Shown in pieces: positions 1 through 9,110 of a stretch of 56,437 bases of DNA; position 1 is the stretch's first letter; every line of letters begins with the position of its first letter. A program made the translations under genes and the position numbers. The stretch comes from Armatimonadota bacterium. Lineage in GTDB: Bacteria; Vulcanimicrobiota; JACPDS01; JBDRKI01. Location: contig JBDRKI010000032.1 of the NCBI GenBank assembly GCA_043814095.1, positions 1-56,437 of the forward strand, in the 5' to 3' direction. The notes under the pieces are model-generated. The model had not been told where the DNA came from and did no database searches. It worked only from the letters and a program-made list of their open reading frames with translations.

Positions 1-42
1 CCCAGAATATATCATTCGACTTACACTCTATCCTCAAATTGA
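1..42 (+). CDS. C-terminal fragment of intron-encoded reverse transcriptase/maturase (5' part outside window)
   Basis: Frame 1 reads PRIYHSTYTLSSN-stop. PRIxH resembles the end of domain X in endonuclease-less bacterial intron proteins and lies 15 nt before domain V. Confidence 0.65.
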   Translation, partial: PRIYHSTYTLSSN

Positions 43-140
43 GGATGTATTCTTGTGGAGCCGAGTGCGGGAAAACCGCTCGCTCGGTTCTGCGAGGGGC
101 ATTAAGTAATCAAAGGAGGTTATAAAAGATGTCTACTCAC
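1..140 (+). mobile_element. 3' end of a group II intron (end of RT ORF, domain V, domain VI)
   Basis: 58-90 GAGCCGAGTGCGGGAAAACCGCTCGCTCGGTTC folds as domain V (AGC triad, 2-nt bulge, GAAA-type loop). 94-102 GAGGGGCAT pairs with 129-138 ATGTCT-A-CTC leaving bulged A135, followed by terminal AC (139-140). Confidence 0.85.
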
Positions 141-1901
141 AGAATAAATTTTAAGGTTTTTATCGCTTTACTCTTATGTTGTTTTTGTTTTTCTATTTCG
201 GCGTATGCCGTAAGCGAAGTAAATTATACGGTTGACATGACAGATCCCGGGAATCATTTTTTTAAAGTTGAAATAAAGATTGATTCTCCTGAGGGAGATT
301 TTACGGATCTGGTCATGCCGCGGATTATACCCGGGATTTACCATTATAGGGATTACGCTAAAAATGTTCAGGAATTTTCCGCCTTTGACGGATCAGGCGC
401 ACCTTTAAAGTGGGAGAAAATTGATCTGCATACATGGCGCGTTTATTCGGAAAATGCGGGAAGCCTAACCGCGAAATATAAGGCTTACGCGCCCGAGGTA
501 AGCTGTGTAGAGTCATTTCTTAATACCCATAAAGCTTTAATTAACGAAGGCACAATCCTTATGTATATTAAAGACAGGACGGATATCCCGTGCAGGTTAT
601 GTCTTAAATATCCTAAAGGGTGGAAAACGGCAACAACACTTAAAAGTGCCGGTGAAAATATTTATACCGCACCCGATTATCATTTCATGGCTGACCGTCC
701 CGTAATGCTGGGGGATTTCAGGGAGACAAAGTTTGAGTATAAAGGCGCGGAATATGTAATAGTGCTTGATGGTTCATTAAAGTTTGATCTGGATACATTT
801 AAGGCTGATGTTGAAAAAATAGTGAAAAACGAAGTCGATATGATGGGTGGAGTTCCCTTTAAGAAATATATATTTTTCTATTTACACTCGTATGCTTCTC
901 AAGAAGGTTTTGGCGGGTTGGAGCATTTCGATAACGCGGTTATGGTTGTGGAACCTGCGTTCGGCATAGACGGGATTTTAGGATTAACCGCGCATGAGTT
1001 TTTTCACCTGTGGAACGATAAAAATATTCATGCGGATGTAATTTACCCGTTTAATTACAATAAAGCGGATTTTACGCGCCTGTACTGGTTTTTTGAAGGA
1101 TTTACAAGCTATTATGATACCATGGTAATGGCAAGGATAAAGAAAACGGAACCAGAGGAGTTTTTTAAAGATATAGCGGGTGCGATAAAGGCGACGGAAG
1201 AAATTGCAGCTAACAAACATATTACCCTTGAAGATGCAAGTTTCGGCGGCTTTTTTCTTTGGCCGCAGAATTTTGACGAAAAATTTCTTAATTTTTACCA
1301 GAAAGGCAAACTTGCCGGTTTGCTTATGGACCTTAAAATAAGGCACTGTACGCGCAATAAAAGGTCCATCGACGATGTAATGAGATATCTTTATAAAAAT
1401 TACGGCATGAAAAATATAGGGGTCCCTGAAGGAAAGATGGGCGAAATTATAGTGAAAGCGACAGGCGTAAATATTGATGATATTATTAATGATTATGTAA
1501 AAGGCACTAAAATCCCGAATTATAATAAATACCTGAATTACGCGGGATTGGAGTTGAAAATAGAAGAGAAATGGCCCGGCCCGTACATGGGCATAGGCGC
1601 TGAAGAGTATGGCTGTGGCATAATTATTACAAAAATAACCAGAGACTCCCCTGCCGAAAAGGCCGGGCTCAGCATAGATGATGTTATTGTGGCCGTTAAC
1701 GGCGTTAAAGCAGATAAGGGCGGTTTTTTGGTCAATTCTAAGCCATATGAAATAGTAAAAGTAACCTTATTCAGGAATAATGTACTTATGACAAAACAGG
1801 TCTATCTGGGCAAAAAGGGATTTGAAAAATATGAGATTGTCGAGTTGAAAAACCCGGACAAACTCCAGAGAGAAATTTTAAAGAACTGGCTTGGAGAATA
1901 A
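129..1901 (+). CDS. M61 family glycyl aminopeptidase with C-terminal PDZ domain, exported
   Basis: Signal peptide (..SAYA), GGLEH, HEFFH zinc motif, WFFEGFTSYY, PDZ-like C-terminus (SPAEKAGL..D.I.AVNG); SD AAGGAGGT at 113-120. Confidence 0.9.
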   Translation: MSTHRINFKVFIALLLCCFCFSISAYAVSEVNYTVDMTDPGNHFFKVEIKIDSPEGDFTDLVMPRIIPGIYHYRDYAKNVQEFSAFDGSGAPLKWEKIDLHTWRVYSENAGSLTAKYKAYAPEVSCVESFLNTHKALINEGTILMYIKDRTDIPCRLCLKYPKGWKTATTLKSAGENIYTAPDYHFMADRPVMLGDFRETKFEYKGAEYVIVLDGSLKFDLDTFKADVEKIVKNEVDMMGGVPFKKYIFFYLHSYASQEGFGGLEHFDNAVMVVEPAFGIDGILGLTAHEFFHLWNDKNIHADVIYPFNYNKADFTRLYWFFEGFTSYYDTMVMARIKKTEPEEFFKDIAGAIKATEEIAANKHITLEDASFGGFFLWPQNFDEKFLNFYQKGKLAGLLMDLKIRHCTRNKRSIDDVMRYLYKNYGMKNIGVPEGKMGEIIVKATGVNIDDIINDYVKGTKIPNYNKYLNYAGLELKIEEKWPGPYMGIGAEEYGCGIIITKITRDSPAEKAGLSIDDVIVAVNGVKADKGGFLVNSKPYEIVKVTLFRNNVLMTKQVYLGKKGFEKYEIVELKNPDKLQREILKNWLGE

Positions 1902-1916
1902 TTAAGGTAGAATATT

Positions 1917-3290
1917 TTATTTCTTTATAAAAATCAAGGTATTTTCCGTTTTTACGGGCATAAAGTCGCGGGCAATCTCTTCTTTTACTTTTTGAGGCAT
2001 GAATTTAAAGAAACCGTTCTGGTAAAGTATTGATTTAGTGTTTTTGAGCATCTGGTCCCAGTTTCCGGGGGTTTTCCAGCTATCAGAATGCTCAAAATAA
2101 TAAAAATCAGTGCCGTAATACCATACGGGCAGTTCAATCCCTGATTTTAATGCGATCATTGGAGATCTGCCTGTCTGTATAGGTTGCGGAACGCTTGCCA
2201 GAGTTTTGCAGAGAGATATATCCATTATATAATGACCTTCTGAGGTTATTTCAGGTTTTAATCCCAGTGTTATATGATAAGTTAAAGATGATATAGTTAA
2301 AAGAATTAAAAAGATAAGTTTCAGGTTTTTATTTTTAACAAGAGAAAAAGAAGCCCCTCCCGTAATGCAGAATACAGGTATTAAGAGATGGAAATTCTGC
2401 ACGGAAGTTCTTCCCCCTAAAAGGAAAAAAGAAAGAAAAACAGCAATGCCCCATACTGAAAAAGCAAGCAGTTCTTTCTTCTGTTTCTTTATAAATATTG
2501 TTATAAATCCTATAATAAAAAATATAAAAGGGATGTAGTTAATTTTAAAACAGGTTTTTAATACAGATGTTTTTGATACATAAAGCTTTGATATCATACT
2601 CATCTGGAAGGTAATTATAGAATCCCAGAACCCCGGCACAAAAGAAAAAATAAAAAAGAATAATAAGGTTAAGGATATAAATCCCGTAAAGGTTTTTAAA
2701 TAATCTTTTATATTTTTGGGAAAGAAGACAGAGAAAACGATCAGGAATAATATTATAACAGGGTAAGACAAAAATATCGTAAGCCCTGCAAGAGCGAATA
2801 TAATGCCGCTCCGGAAGTATTTTTTATTAAAAAACTGAATTACCGCCCATAAAATAAATACAACAGCCAGATGCCTTAAAGATACTGTCCTTATAGCATA
2901 AGTAAAATAGCCTGTAGAGACTGTTAAAAGCAGAACGGCAAATAGGGGCAGGTATTTATCTTCCGTAAATTTTTTACTAAGGAAATATACCAGGAATAAT
3001 ATTAAAAGATTTATAAACGCGAATAATACCTGTACGCCTGTAACATCAAAACCCAGCCGGAAAAATATACCGGCTATTCCCATTGAAGCGGGAGGGTGCA
3101 CGCATATAAAATCTTTATAGGGGATAAATCCTCTGCTTATCAGCTTGCCTATATATAAATAATGGCTGTCATCCATATCTAAAGGAGTAAAAACTGTTAA
3201 AAGATAACATTGTACTATTAATATAGTGATAAAGAGTATAAACAGAATTATAATTGTTTTTTCCGATAAAATGTTTTCAGTCTTTTTCAT
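1917..3290 (-). CDS. Multi-pass membrane glycosyltransferase, GT-C fold (ArnT/PMT-like)
   Basis: About 11 hydrophobic segments; DD acidic pair after TM1 and G.IPYKDF..HPP motif in first loop. Confidence 0.75.
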   Translation of the reverse strand: MKKTENILSEKTIIILFILFITILIVQCYLLTVFTPLDMDDSHYLYIGKLISRGFIPYKDFICVHPPASMGIAGIFFRLGFDVTGVQVLFAFINLLILFLVYFLSKKFTEDKYLPLFAVLLLTVSTGYFTYAIRTVSLRHLAVVFILWAVIQFFNKKYFRSGIIFALAGLTIFLSYPVIILFLIVFSVFFPKNIKDYLKTFTGFISLTLLFFFIFSFVPGFWDSIITFQMSMISKLYVSKTSVLKTCFKINYIPFIFFIIGFITIFIKKQKKELLAFSVWGIAVFLSFFLLGGRTSVQNFHLLIPVFCITGGASFSLVKNKNLKLIFLILLTISSLTYHITLGLKPEITSEGHYIMDISLCKTLASVPQPIQTGRSPMIALKSGIELPVWYYGTDFYYFEHSDSWKTPGNWDQMLKNTKSILYQNGFFKFMPQKVKEEIARDFMPVKTENTLIFIKK

Positions 3291-3332
3291 TAATTAGTTA
3301 TTCTGTAAGAATATATTAATTCCTATAATATA

Positions 3333-3367
3333 AAAATCCGCCTTATTTATGATAATAGGCGGATTTT
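3333..3367 (-). terminator. Intrinsic terminator of the minus-strand HEAT/orphan block
   Basis: AAAATCCGCCT...AGGCGGATTTT inverted repeat with T-run, just past the stop at 3379. Confidence 0.75.
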
Positions 3368-3378
3368 ATAATGTAAAT

Positions 3379-3774
3379 TTATTTCTTGTTTTTAATCTTT
3401 TCCAGGGACCTCTGAGCTTCTTCTTTTACCGGGCGGAACTGTTTTTCATCCTTTGCCGTATCTTCCAGAGCTTTTACCGCTTTAATGTCTTTATTTGTGC
3501 AGATTTTGCCCAGTAATGCTATTACAGCCTTTGTGGAATCTATACAGATTGTACAGTAGCGGTGATTATCCGTAATAACGGTTGTAAGCGCGGGGATGAA
3601 TTTTCTTGCATTAGAGATATTCATTTTGTCAATTTTTAGGACAGCTCTGCCTATTATAAGCGGGTCATCAAAATTTATAAGGTGGTCAACTATTTTCTGA
3701 ATTTCTTTATAAGAAAGCTTCTTTTCTTTTGTGTCTGTAAAAATAAAATTGCTGTTAGATAAAGTTTTTATCAT
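3379..3774 (-). CDS. Small HEAT-repeat-like protein
   Basis: FIPAL..VI, LLGKI, AVKALE..VKEEAQRSLEKI helical-pair patterns; SD AAGGAG upstream. Confidence 0.6.
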   Translation of the reverse strand: MIKTLSNSNFIFTDTKEKKLSYKEIQKIVDHLINFDDPLIIGRAVLKIDKMNISNARKFIPALTTVITDNHRYCTICIDSTKAVIALLGKICTNKDIKAVKALEDTAKDEKQFRPVKEEAQRSLEKIKNKK

Positions 3775-3791
3775 GGACTGTTTCTCCTTTT

Positions 3792-4538
3792 TTATTTAGG
3801 GCACATATCTATTATTCTTTTTCTTATTGCCTGTTCTGCCGCATACCTGATAAACTTATTTTCATTCTTTGAAGCTTCAAGAAGGCCTGCGGAAACTTTT
3901 TCATCAAGCTCTTTATTTAATCTGTCATTTATTCTTATAACGCCGAGATTGCCCAGGGCTTCTGCACATCTTGCCCTTATGAACTGATCTGTTTCATCGT
4001 GATTTACCCAATCTGCCAGTATAGAGGATGCACCATAGTCTTTTAATTTTCCCAGAGCCCATGCGGCGCTGCTTCTTATAACCGGCAGTTCATCATCTTT
4101 TTTTAATTTTTCACGTAAAAAGTGAATTGCTTTTTCATCAGGGATACCTATCCCGCCTAAAGCTTTAGCTGCTTCTGCCTGTTTAAAGGGCATATGGTTA
4201 TATTCTAAACAAGTTGTAAGATGCGGTATGGCTCCTTTAGCCCGCGGGCCTATCTTTCCCAGAATTTTTATTGCTTCGAGTTCCGTAAAATCTGTTGACC
4301 CTACACGCCTCATGGCTTTTATGAGTGCATCAATGCCTTCCTGGGGCATATTTTTACTGAATTTACCGAGCTTTTTCGTGGCTTCAAGCTGTATATCCGG
4401 ATCCGGGCTGTTCAGCATATCATCGATTAGTTTCTCTACTGTTTCTTTTTTCTGGACTTCCAGTGTTGCAGAAAGTTTTTCAGATTTACCGGTTCCACCG
4501 GAATAAATATTTGTTAGTCTTCCAATTCCTAAATTCAT
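3792..4538 (-). CDS. HEAT (PBS-lyase-type) repeat protein
   Basis: Repeated xRxxAAxALGxxG units (EAAKALGGIG, RSSAAWALGKL, RARCAEALGNLG). Confidence 0.85.
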   Translation of the reverse strand: MNLGIGRLTNIYSGGTGKSEKLSATLEVQKKETVEKLIDDMLNSPDPDIQLEATKKLGKFSKNMPQEGIDALIKAMRRVGSTDFTELEAIKILGKIGPRAKGAIPHLTTCLEYNHMPFKQAEAAKALGGIGIPDEKAIHFLREKLKKDDELPVIRSSAAWALGKLKDYGASSILADWVNHDETDQFIRARCAEALGNLGVIRINDRLNKELDEKVSAGLLEASKNENKFIRYAAEQAIRKRIIDMCPK

Positions 4539-4572
4539 AATTCTTCCTCTTTCTTATTTATTTATTTATTTA

Positions 4573-5322
4573 TTACCATTCCCACATTAATCCCGTTGCC
4601 GGATTTCCGTCAGGCAGGGCGTATGAACCAGCTTTTACTGTCCAGTTATCTTTCTGTGCAAGCCTGAAGAATAAGTTGGTAATCAGGAATAAACTCATAG
4701 AACCTTCGGAAATATTTAAGCCTCTTGCGGAATTGTTTAATGCTCCGTTAACTTCACCCTTGCTTGAAAGCGGGATCAGGGTAGGGGCCATCTCCGCGAA
4801 GAAAGCAAGCGGCTGCAGGTTATTTTCTTTAGCCCAGTCTGCCAGCATAAAACTTGTCATAATACAGCCGTTTACCGTATTGCCTAAAACATGGTCTTTT
4901 AATTTGGATCTGTCGCTTAAGAACGCTTCTGTTGCAGAAGCGGGGACAAAGCTTTCCATAGGCAGAAAATCTATCCCGTCCGTACCCCCGCCCACGACTG
5001 TGGGGTATCCTGCGACATTAGCTCTTTCATGGTATTCCCGTATCTTTACGGTGCCGTATGTAGCAGCGGCTCCAAGAAGAGAACCGGTAAAAGTTATTCT
5101 TTCCGGATGTTTTTTTTCTTCTTCGGCAGGGTTTAATTTTTTAAAGAACTTATTTTCATATGCCCTGGGGGAGGTGAGCTTGCCTTTTACTATTTCAGCT
5201 TCTTTGCCCTCAGGGATCATTTTTTTAAGCTTCGCGTTTACTTTCTCAAGCTGTTTTTCCTTTTCTTCTTCTTTAACATAAACAGTCCGGGTATTTGTCT
5301 GCGCAATCTTTATATTATCCAT
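4573..5322 (-). CDS. Hypothetical protein
   Basis: 249-aa ORF with GAGGTG SD, tightly packed with co-oriented neighbours; ends in a beta-strand-like GLMWEW. Confidence 0.7.
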   Translation of the reverse strand: MDNIKIAQTNTRTVYVKEEEKEKQLEKVNAKLKKMIPEGKEAEIVKGKLTSPRAYENKFFKKLNPAEEEKKHPERITFTGSLLGAAATYGTVKIREYHERANVAGYPTVVGGGTDGIDFLPMESFVPASATEAFLSDRSKLKDHVLGNTVNGCIMTSFMLADWAKENNLQPLAFFAEMAPTLIPLSSKGEVNGALNNSARGLNISEGSMSLFLITNLFFRLAQKDNWTVKAGSYALPDGNPATGLMWEW

Positions 5323-5338
5323 AATATCACCTCTTTAA

Positions 5339-6226
5339 TTATATGCTTTTCTCAAGCAGGGCTTTCCCGTAATTAAAGCCCGAGAGAAGTTTCCTGGAGC
5401 ATTCTTCATGCCCGGGGTCATAATAGTTTGTCATAAGTTTTTTTCTGTGATTTTCTTTAGGAGGTTTACTGGCGAAGAGATCTTCAGCTATTTTTCTGAT
5501 TGTGCCTGTAGGTATTTTAAATAGTTTTCCCGCGAAATCACCGATTAGGGCTATGGAATATTTTACGGTTTTGTCTCTGGATTGATTTTCCAGCGCGAGA
5601 ATATTTCTTGCATCGGTGCATGCTTTACTGAGAATGCCCAGGGATCTCCCTGCTTTTTCCGCCTTTTCGGGATCACCGGATTTTACCGCATCTTTTGCGT
5701 GTGTTGATACGTTTTCAAAAATCTCTTTAATATATATAACTGTTTGAGATTTTTTAGGCAGTTGAGATACGGAAAGTATAAGGCGGGTTAGTAAAGATTC
5801 TGATTTAAAATTTTCCAAGGCTATTTTAAGTATGTTTTTATCCGGAGACAAGTTTATGTCTTTTTTCAGAAAAGAGGCATGTTCGTTTAGTGTATCGGTG
5901 ATTAAATTTAATGAATTTTCTATAACGGATACAAGCTCTTTCTGTGTCTCGCCGGGCGGAACTATCGGCTCAGGGTAAAATCTTACAAGATCGGCAGTTG
6001 TGAAGTCGCACTGTTTGTGAAGTTTTTTAAGCTGTTTTACAAGACTTGTGCCTTTTACGATCTGCTTTGCTGTTTTTACGGGCGTTCCGGAGGAGGGTTT
6101 GTTTTTGATATATTCAAGAGCCGTACTGTTTATTTTTCCGGCCTGTGCAGTTGCAAACCTGCGGCTTGTTATCACTAAATTATTGTCTTTTTTAACGTTT
6201 TGAACCGAGCCATTTATGCTTTTCAT
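5339..6226 (-). CDS. Hypothetical helical protein
   Basis: Long ORF; start reassigned to ATG 6226 (MKSING..), which has a GGAG SD. Confidence 0.7.
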   Translation of the reverse strand: MKSINGSVQNVKKDNNLVITSRRFATAQAGKINSTALEYIKNKPSSGTPVKTAKQIVKGTSLVKQLKKLHKQCDFTTADLVRFYPEPIVPPGETQKELVSVIENSLNLITDTLNEHASFLKKDINLSPDKNILKIALENFKSESLLTRLILSVSQLPKKSQTVIYIKEIFENVSTHAKDAVKSGDPEKAEKAGRSLGILSKACTDARNILALENQSRDKTVKYSIALIGDFAGKLFKIPTGTIRKIAEDLFASKPPKENHRKKLMTNYYDPGHEECSRKLLSGFNYGKALLEKSI

Positions 6227-6295
6227 AAATACTCCAAAACTTGCGGATTTGAAATATATCACAGATATATTATAATATATCAGGATTATTAAGAA

Positions 6296-6335
6296 GTTAA
6301 CAATTTGTTAACAAAATGTTAACAAATTGTTAACA
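6296..6335. promoter_or_regulatory. Four GTTAACA repeats at exact 11-bp period in divergent intergenic region; probable transcription-factor site
   Basis: GTTAAC at 6296, 6307, 6318, 6329. Confidence 0.6.
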
Positions 6336-6386
6336 TTTCATCCCTTATAATATATATAATAAAGGGGTAGTAACAGGAGGTATTTT

Positions 6387-6929
6387 ATGAGAACAAAGTC
6401 GCTGGAACTGGTAAAAGAAAACGTGAAGAACAAAAATTTAATCAAGCATATGCTTGCAACAGAAGCCGTTATGAGAAAAATGGCCGTTCATTTTAACGAG
6501 GACGCGGAAAAATGGGCTATGGCAGGGCTTGTGCATGATCTGGATGTTGAAATAACGCAGAATAATACCGATCTTCATTCAGCAGTCGCGGTTGATATGC
6601 TTAAAGAGAAGGGTTACAGTGAAGAGATTATAAATGCGGTAAGATCGCATTTTGACGGGAAATACTGCAAAACACTGATGGATAGGACGATAAGGTGTGT
6701 TGATCCCTTAACGGGCTTTCTTGTTGCCTGTGCCCTTATGACTAAAGACAAGAAACTCTCATCTTTAGATGTTTCGTTTGCATTAAGAAGGTTTGAGGAG
6801 AAAAGATTTGCCGCCGGGGCTTCCCGTGAGGGGATGAAAGAATGTGAAGAGGTCGGCCTTACCCTGGAGCAGTTTATGGATATAGGGATAAAAGCAATGC
6901 AGGAGATATCGGAAGAGCTGGGGTTATGA
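6387..6929 (+). CDS. HDIG/HD-domain phosphohydrolase
   Basis: H..A.E..M, GLVHDLD, later H and D ligands, FAAGASRE; SD AGGAGG. Confidence 0.85.
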   Translation: MRTKSLELVKENVKNKNLIKHMLATEAVMRKMAVHFNEDAEKWAMAGLVHDLDVEITQNNTDLHSAVAVDMLKEKGYSEEIINAVRSHFDGKYCKTLMDRTIRCVDPLTGFLVACALMTKDKKLSSLDVSFALRRFEEKRFAAGASREGMKECEEVGLTLEQFMDIGIKAMQEISEELGL

Positions 6930-8179
6930 AAACTTTTTTAATACATACATTCGGATGCAAGGTAAACCAGTATGATACCGAAGAACTTCGCCGGTTTCTT
7001 TTAAGCTGCGGCTTAAAAGAAAGCAAAAGCGGTGAGGTTGATTTTTCATTTGTTAATACCTGTACCGTTACCCATCTTGCCGACAGGAAAGCGCGCCAGA
7101 GGATAAGGCACCTTGCGGGTGTATCGGAAAAAGTTATAGTTACGGGGTGCGGGGTGAGAAACCCGGAAAGCTTTACAGGTCTTTTTGATAACGGAAAGAT
7201 TGTTTTTCTTGATAATAAAAAAGATGATTTTAAAGTCAGATTAAAAGAGATTTTAAATATTGATTTTCTGAAAGAAATTAAATTTAATCAGTCCAGGAGC
7301 CGTGCTTTTGTTAAGGTTCAGGACGGTTGTGACGAGTTCTGTACATACTGCATAGTTCCTTATGTAAGGGGAGTTCCGGCAAGCAGGTCTTTGGATGATG
7401 TGCTGGTTGAAGTCCTGCGGCTTGAGGAGTCAGGTTTTAAGGAGATTGTGATAACAGGCGTGAATCTGGGGTTGTACGGCGCGGATTTAAGAGAAAAGTT
7501 GAATCTTAAATCTCTGCTTGAAGCTATATGTAATTCTACAGGTATAGAGCGGGTAAGGTTAAGCTCTATAGAGGTAAATCATATTGATAATGAGCTTATA
7601 GATTTTATAAAAGCGCATCCGCGGATATGCCCGCATTTCCATATACCTTTACAGCACGCAAGCGACAGGATTCTGGCATCCATGAAGCGCCCTTATAATT
7701 TAAAAGAATATGACATAACAATAAAAAAGATTATAAGTAAAATTCCCGGAGCTGCCGTTTCAACGGATATTCTGGTCGGTTTCCCCGGTGAAGAAGATAA
7801 GGACTACCGGATTCTTTATGATTATATAAAAAGCTCGCCTTTTTCGCGCCTGCATGTTTTTAAATATTCGCCCAGGCCGTTTACGGAAGCCGGGAAGATG
7901 AAAAACAGGGTTCCCGAGCAGGTTAAATCGCTAAGGAGCAGTGAACTGCTGGAACTTGCGCAGAGGAAGCTTAATGATTATAATATGAGCTTTGCGGGCA
8001 CGGTTATGGATATCCTTGTTGAGGGTGCGGTCCATAAAACAGGGTCCCTGCAGGGTTATACGCCTAATTATATACAAGTATTAGTAAAGAAAGATAAAGG
8101 ATTGATAAATAAGATAATATCGGTTAAATTATACCGTGAGGACGGTATAATATATGGAAGGATAGTAAACGGACAATAG
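6926..8179 (+). CDS. mtaB: tRNA t6A37 methylthiotransferase MtaB
   Basis: TFGCKVNQYD and NTCTVT in N-terminal domain, radical SAM KVQDGCDEFCTYC, C-terminal TRAM-like region. Confidence 0.92.
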   Translation: MKTFLIHTFGCKVNQYDTEELRRFLLSCGLKESKSGEVDFSFVNTCTVTHLADRKARQRIRHLAGVSEKVIVTGCGVRNPESFTGLFDNGKIVFLDNKKDDFKVRLKEILNIDFLKEIKFNQSRSRAFVKVQDGCDEFCTYCIVPYVRGVPASRSLDDVLVEVLRLEESGFKEIVITGVNLGLYGADLREKLNLKSLLEAICNSTGIERVRLSSIEVNHIDNELIDFIKAHPRICPHFHIPLQHASDRILASMKRPYNLKEYDITIKKIISKIPGAAVSTDILVGFPGEEDKDYRILYDYIKSSPFSRLHVFKYSPRPFTEAGKMKNRVPEQVKSLRSSELLELAQRKLNDYNMSFAGTVMDILVEGAVHKTGSLQGYTPNYIQVLVKKDKGLINKIISVKLYREDGIIYGRIVNGQ

Positions 8180-8258
8180 GGAATAGTGCTATTTAAAGTA
8201 ATTAATAATATAATATAGCTTTAAAAATGCAAGAGCTTAATTATTAATGGAGTACAAT

Positions 8259-9095
8259 ATGACAACTATCTTTAATAAGATTAAAAATCTTGGCAAAGGC
8301 AAAGAGGGGGAACTCTGGATTAAATGCGCCAACTGCTCCTCCCTTATATTCAAAAAGAACTTTGTTGAGAATTTTAAGGTATGCGACAAATGCAGCCACC
8401 ATCATAAACTGACCGCGTGGGAAAGGCTGGATATAACGGTTAATAAAAATTCTTTTAAAGAGCTTTTTAAGGATATATATTCATCCGACCCGCTCCAGTT
8501 TGGCCAGGAATACATTGATAAGCTTGATAAGGACATAAAAAAGACAGGCATTAATGATGCCGTGTTGACCGGCGAGGCAAAGATCGGCGGGTTTGATGTT
8601 TTTATAGGCATAATGGATTTTAATTTCCGCGGCGGCAGCATGGGCTCTGTGGTGGGTGAGAAAATTGTAAGACTGATAGAGCTTGCAGTCGAGAAGAAAA
8701 AGCCTGTTATCATATTCTCCGCGTCGGGCGGGGCAGGAATGCAGGAAGGCATGCTTTCTTTAATGCAGATGACAAGAACTTCTGCCGCGGTAAATAAGTT
8801 AAAGGAAAAAAACATACTGTATATCTGTGTGATGACCGATCCCACAACTGCGGGAGTAGCGGCAAGTTTCGCTTCTTTGGGTGATGTAATTCTGGCCGAA
8901 CCCAGAGCAATAATCGGGTTTTCCGGAGCAAGAGTTATAGAGCAGACCATAAAACAGAAGCTTCCCCCCGGATTCCAGACTTCGGAATTTTATCTTGAAC
9001 ACGGGTTTATAGATAAAGTTATATCAAGAAAGCAGATAAAACCCACATTAATAAAACTTATGGAATATTTTGTAACCCCCTTAAAGAAGTCTTAA
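8259..9095 (+). CDS. accD: Acetyl-CoA carboxylase carboxyltransferase beta
   Basis: LWIKC..C/C..C zinc ribbon, GGSMGSVVGEKI, PTTAGVAASFA, FQTSEF; ATG 8259 has GGAG SD (8247 is the alternative). Confidence 0.95.
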   Translation: MTTIFNKIKNLGKGKEGELWIKCANCSSLIFKKNFVENFKVCDKCSHHHKLTAWERLDITVNKNSFKELFKDIYSSDPLQFGQEYIDKLDKDIKKTGINDAVLTGEAKIGGFDVFIGIMDFNFRGGSMGSVVGEKIVRLIELAVEKKKPVIIFSASGGAGMQEGMLSLMQMTRTSAAVNKLKEKNILYICVMTDPTTAGVAASFASLGDVILAEPRAIIGFSGARVIEQTIKQKLPPGFQTSEFYLEHGFIDKVISRKQIKPTLIKLMEYFVTPLKKS

Positions 9096-9110
9096 AAGGA
9101 GTTGATATAC

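Noticed and set aside
58-90. Hairpin read as terminator, riboswitch or tRNA fragment
   Set aside because: No U-tail or cloverleaf; sequence and context fit group II intron domain V.
6296-6335. Possible CRISPR array or iteron-type origin
   Set aside because: Units are 11 bp with no unique spacers, and no cas or rep gene is present; kept only as a regulatory repeat.
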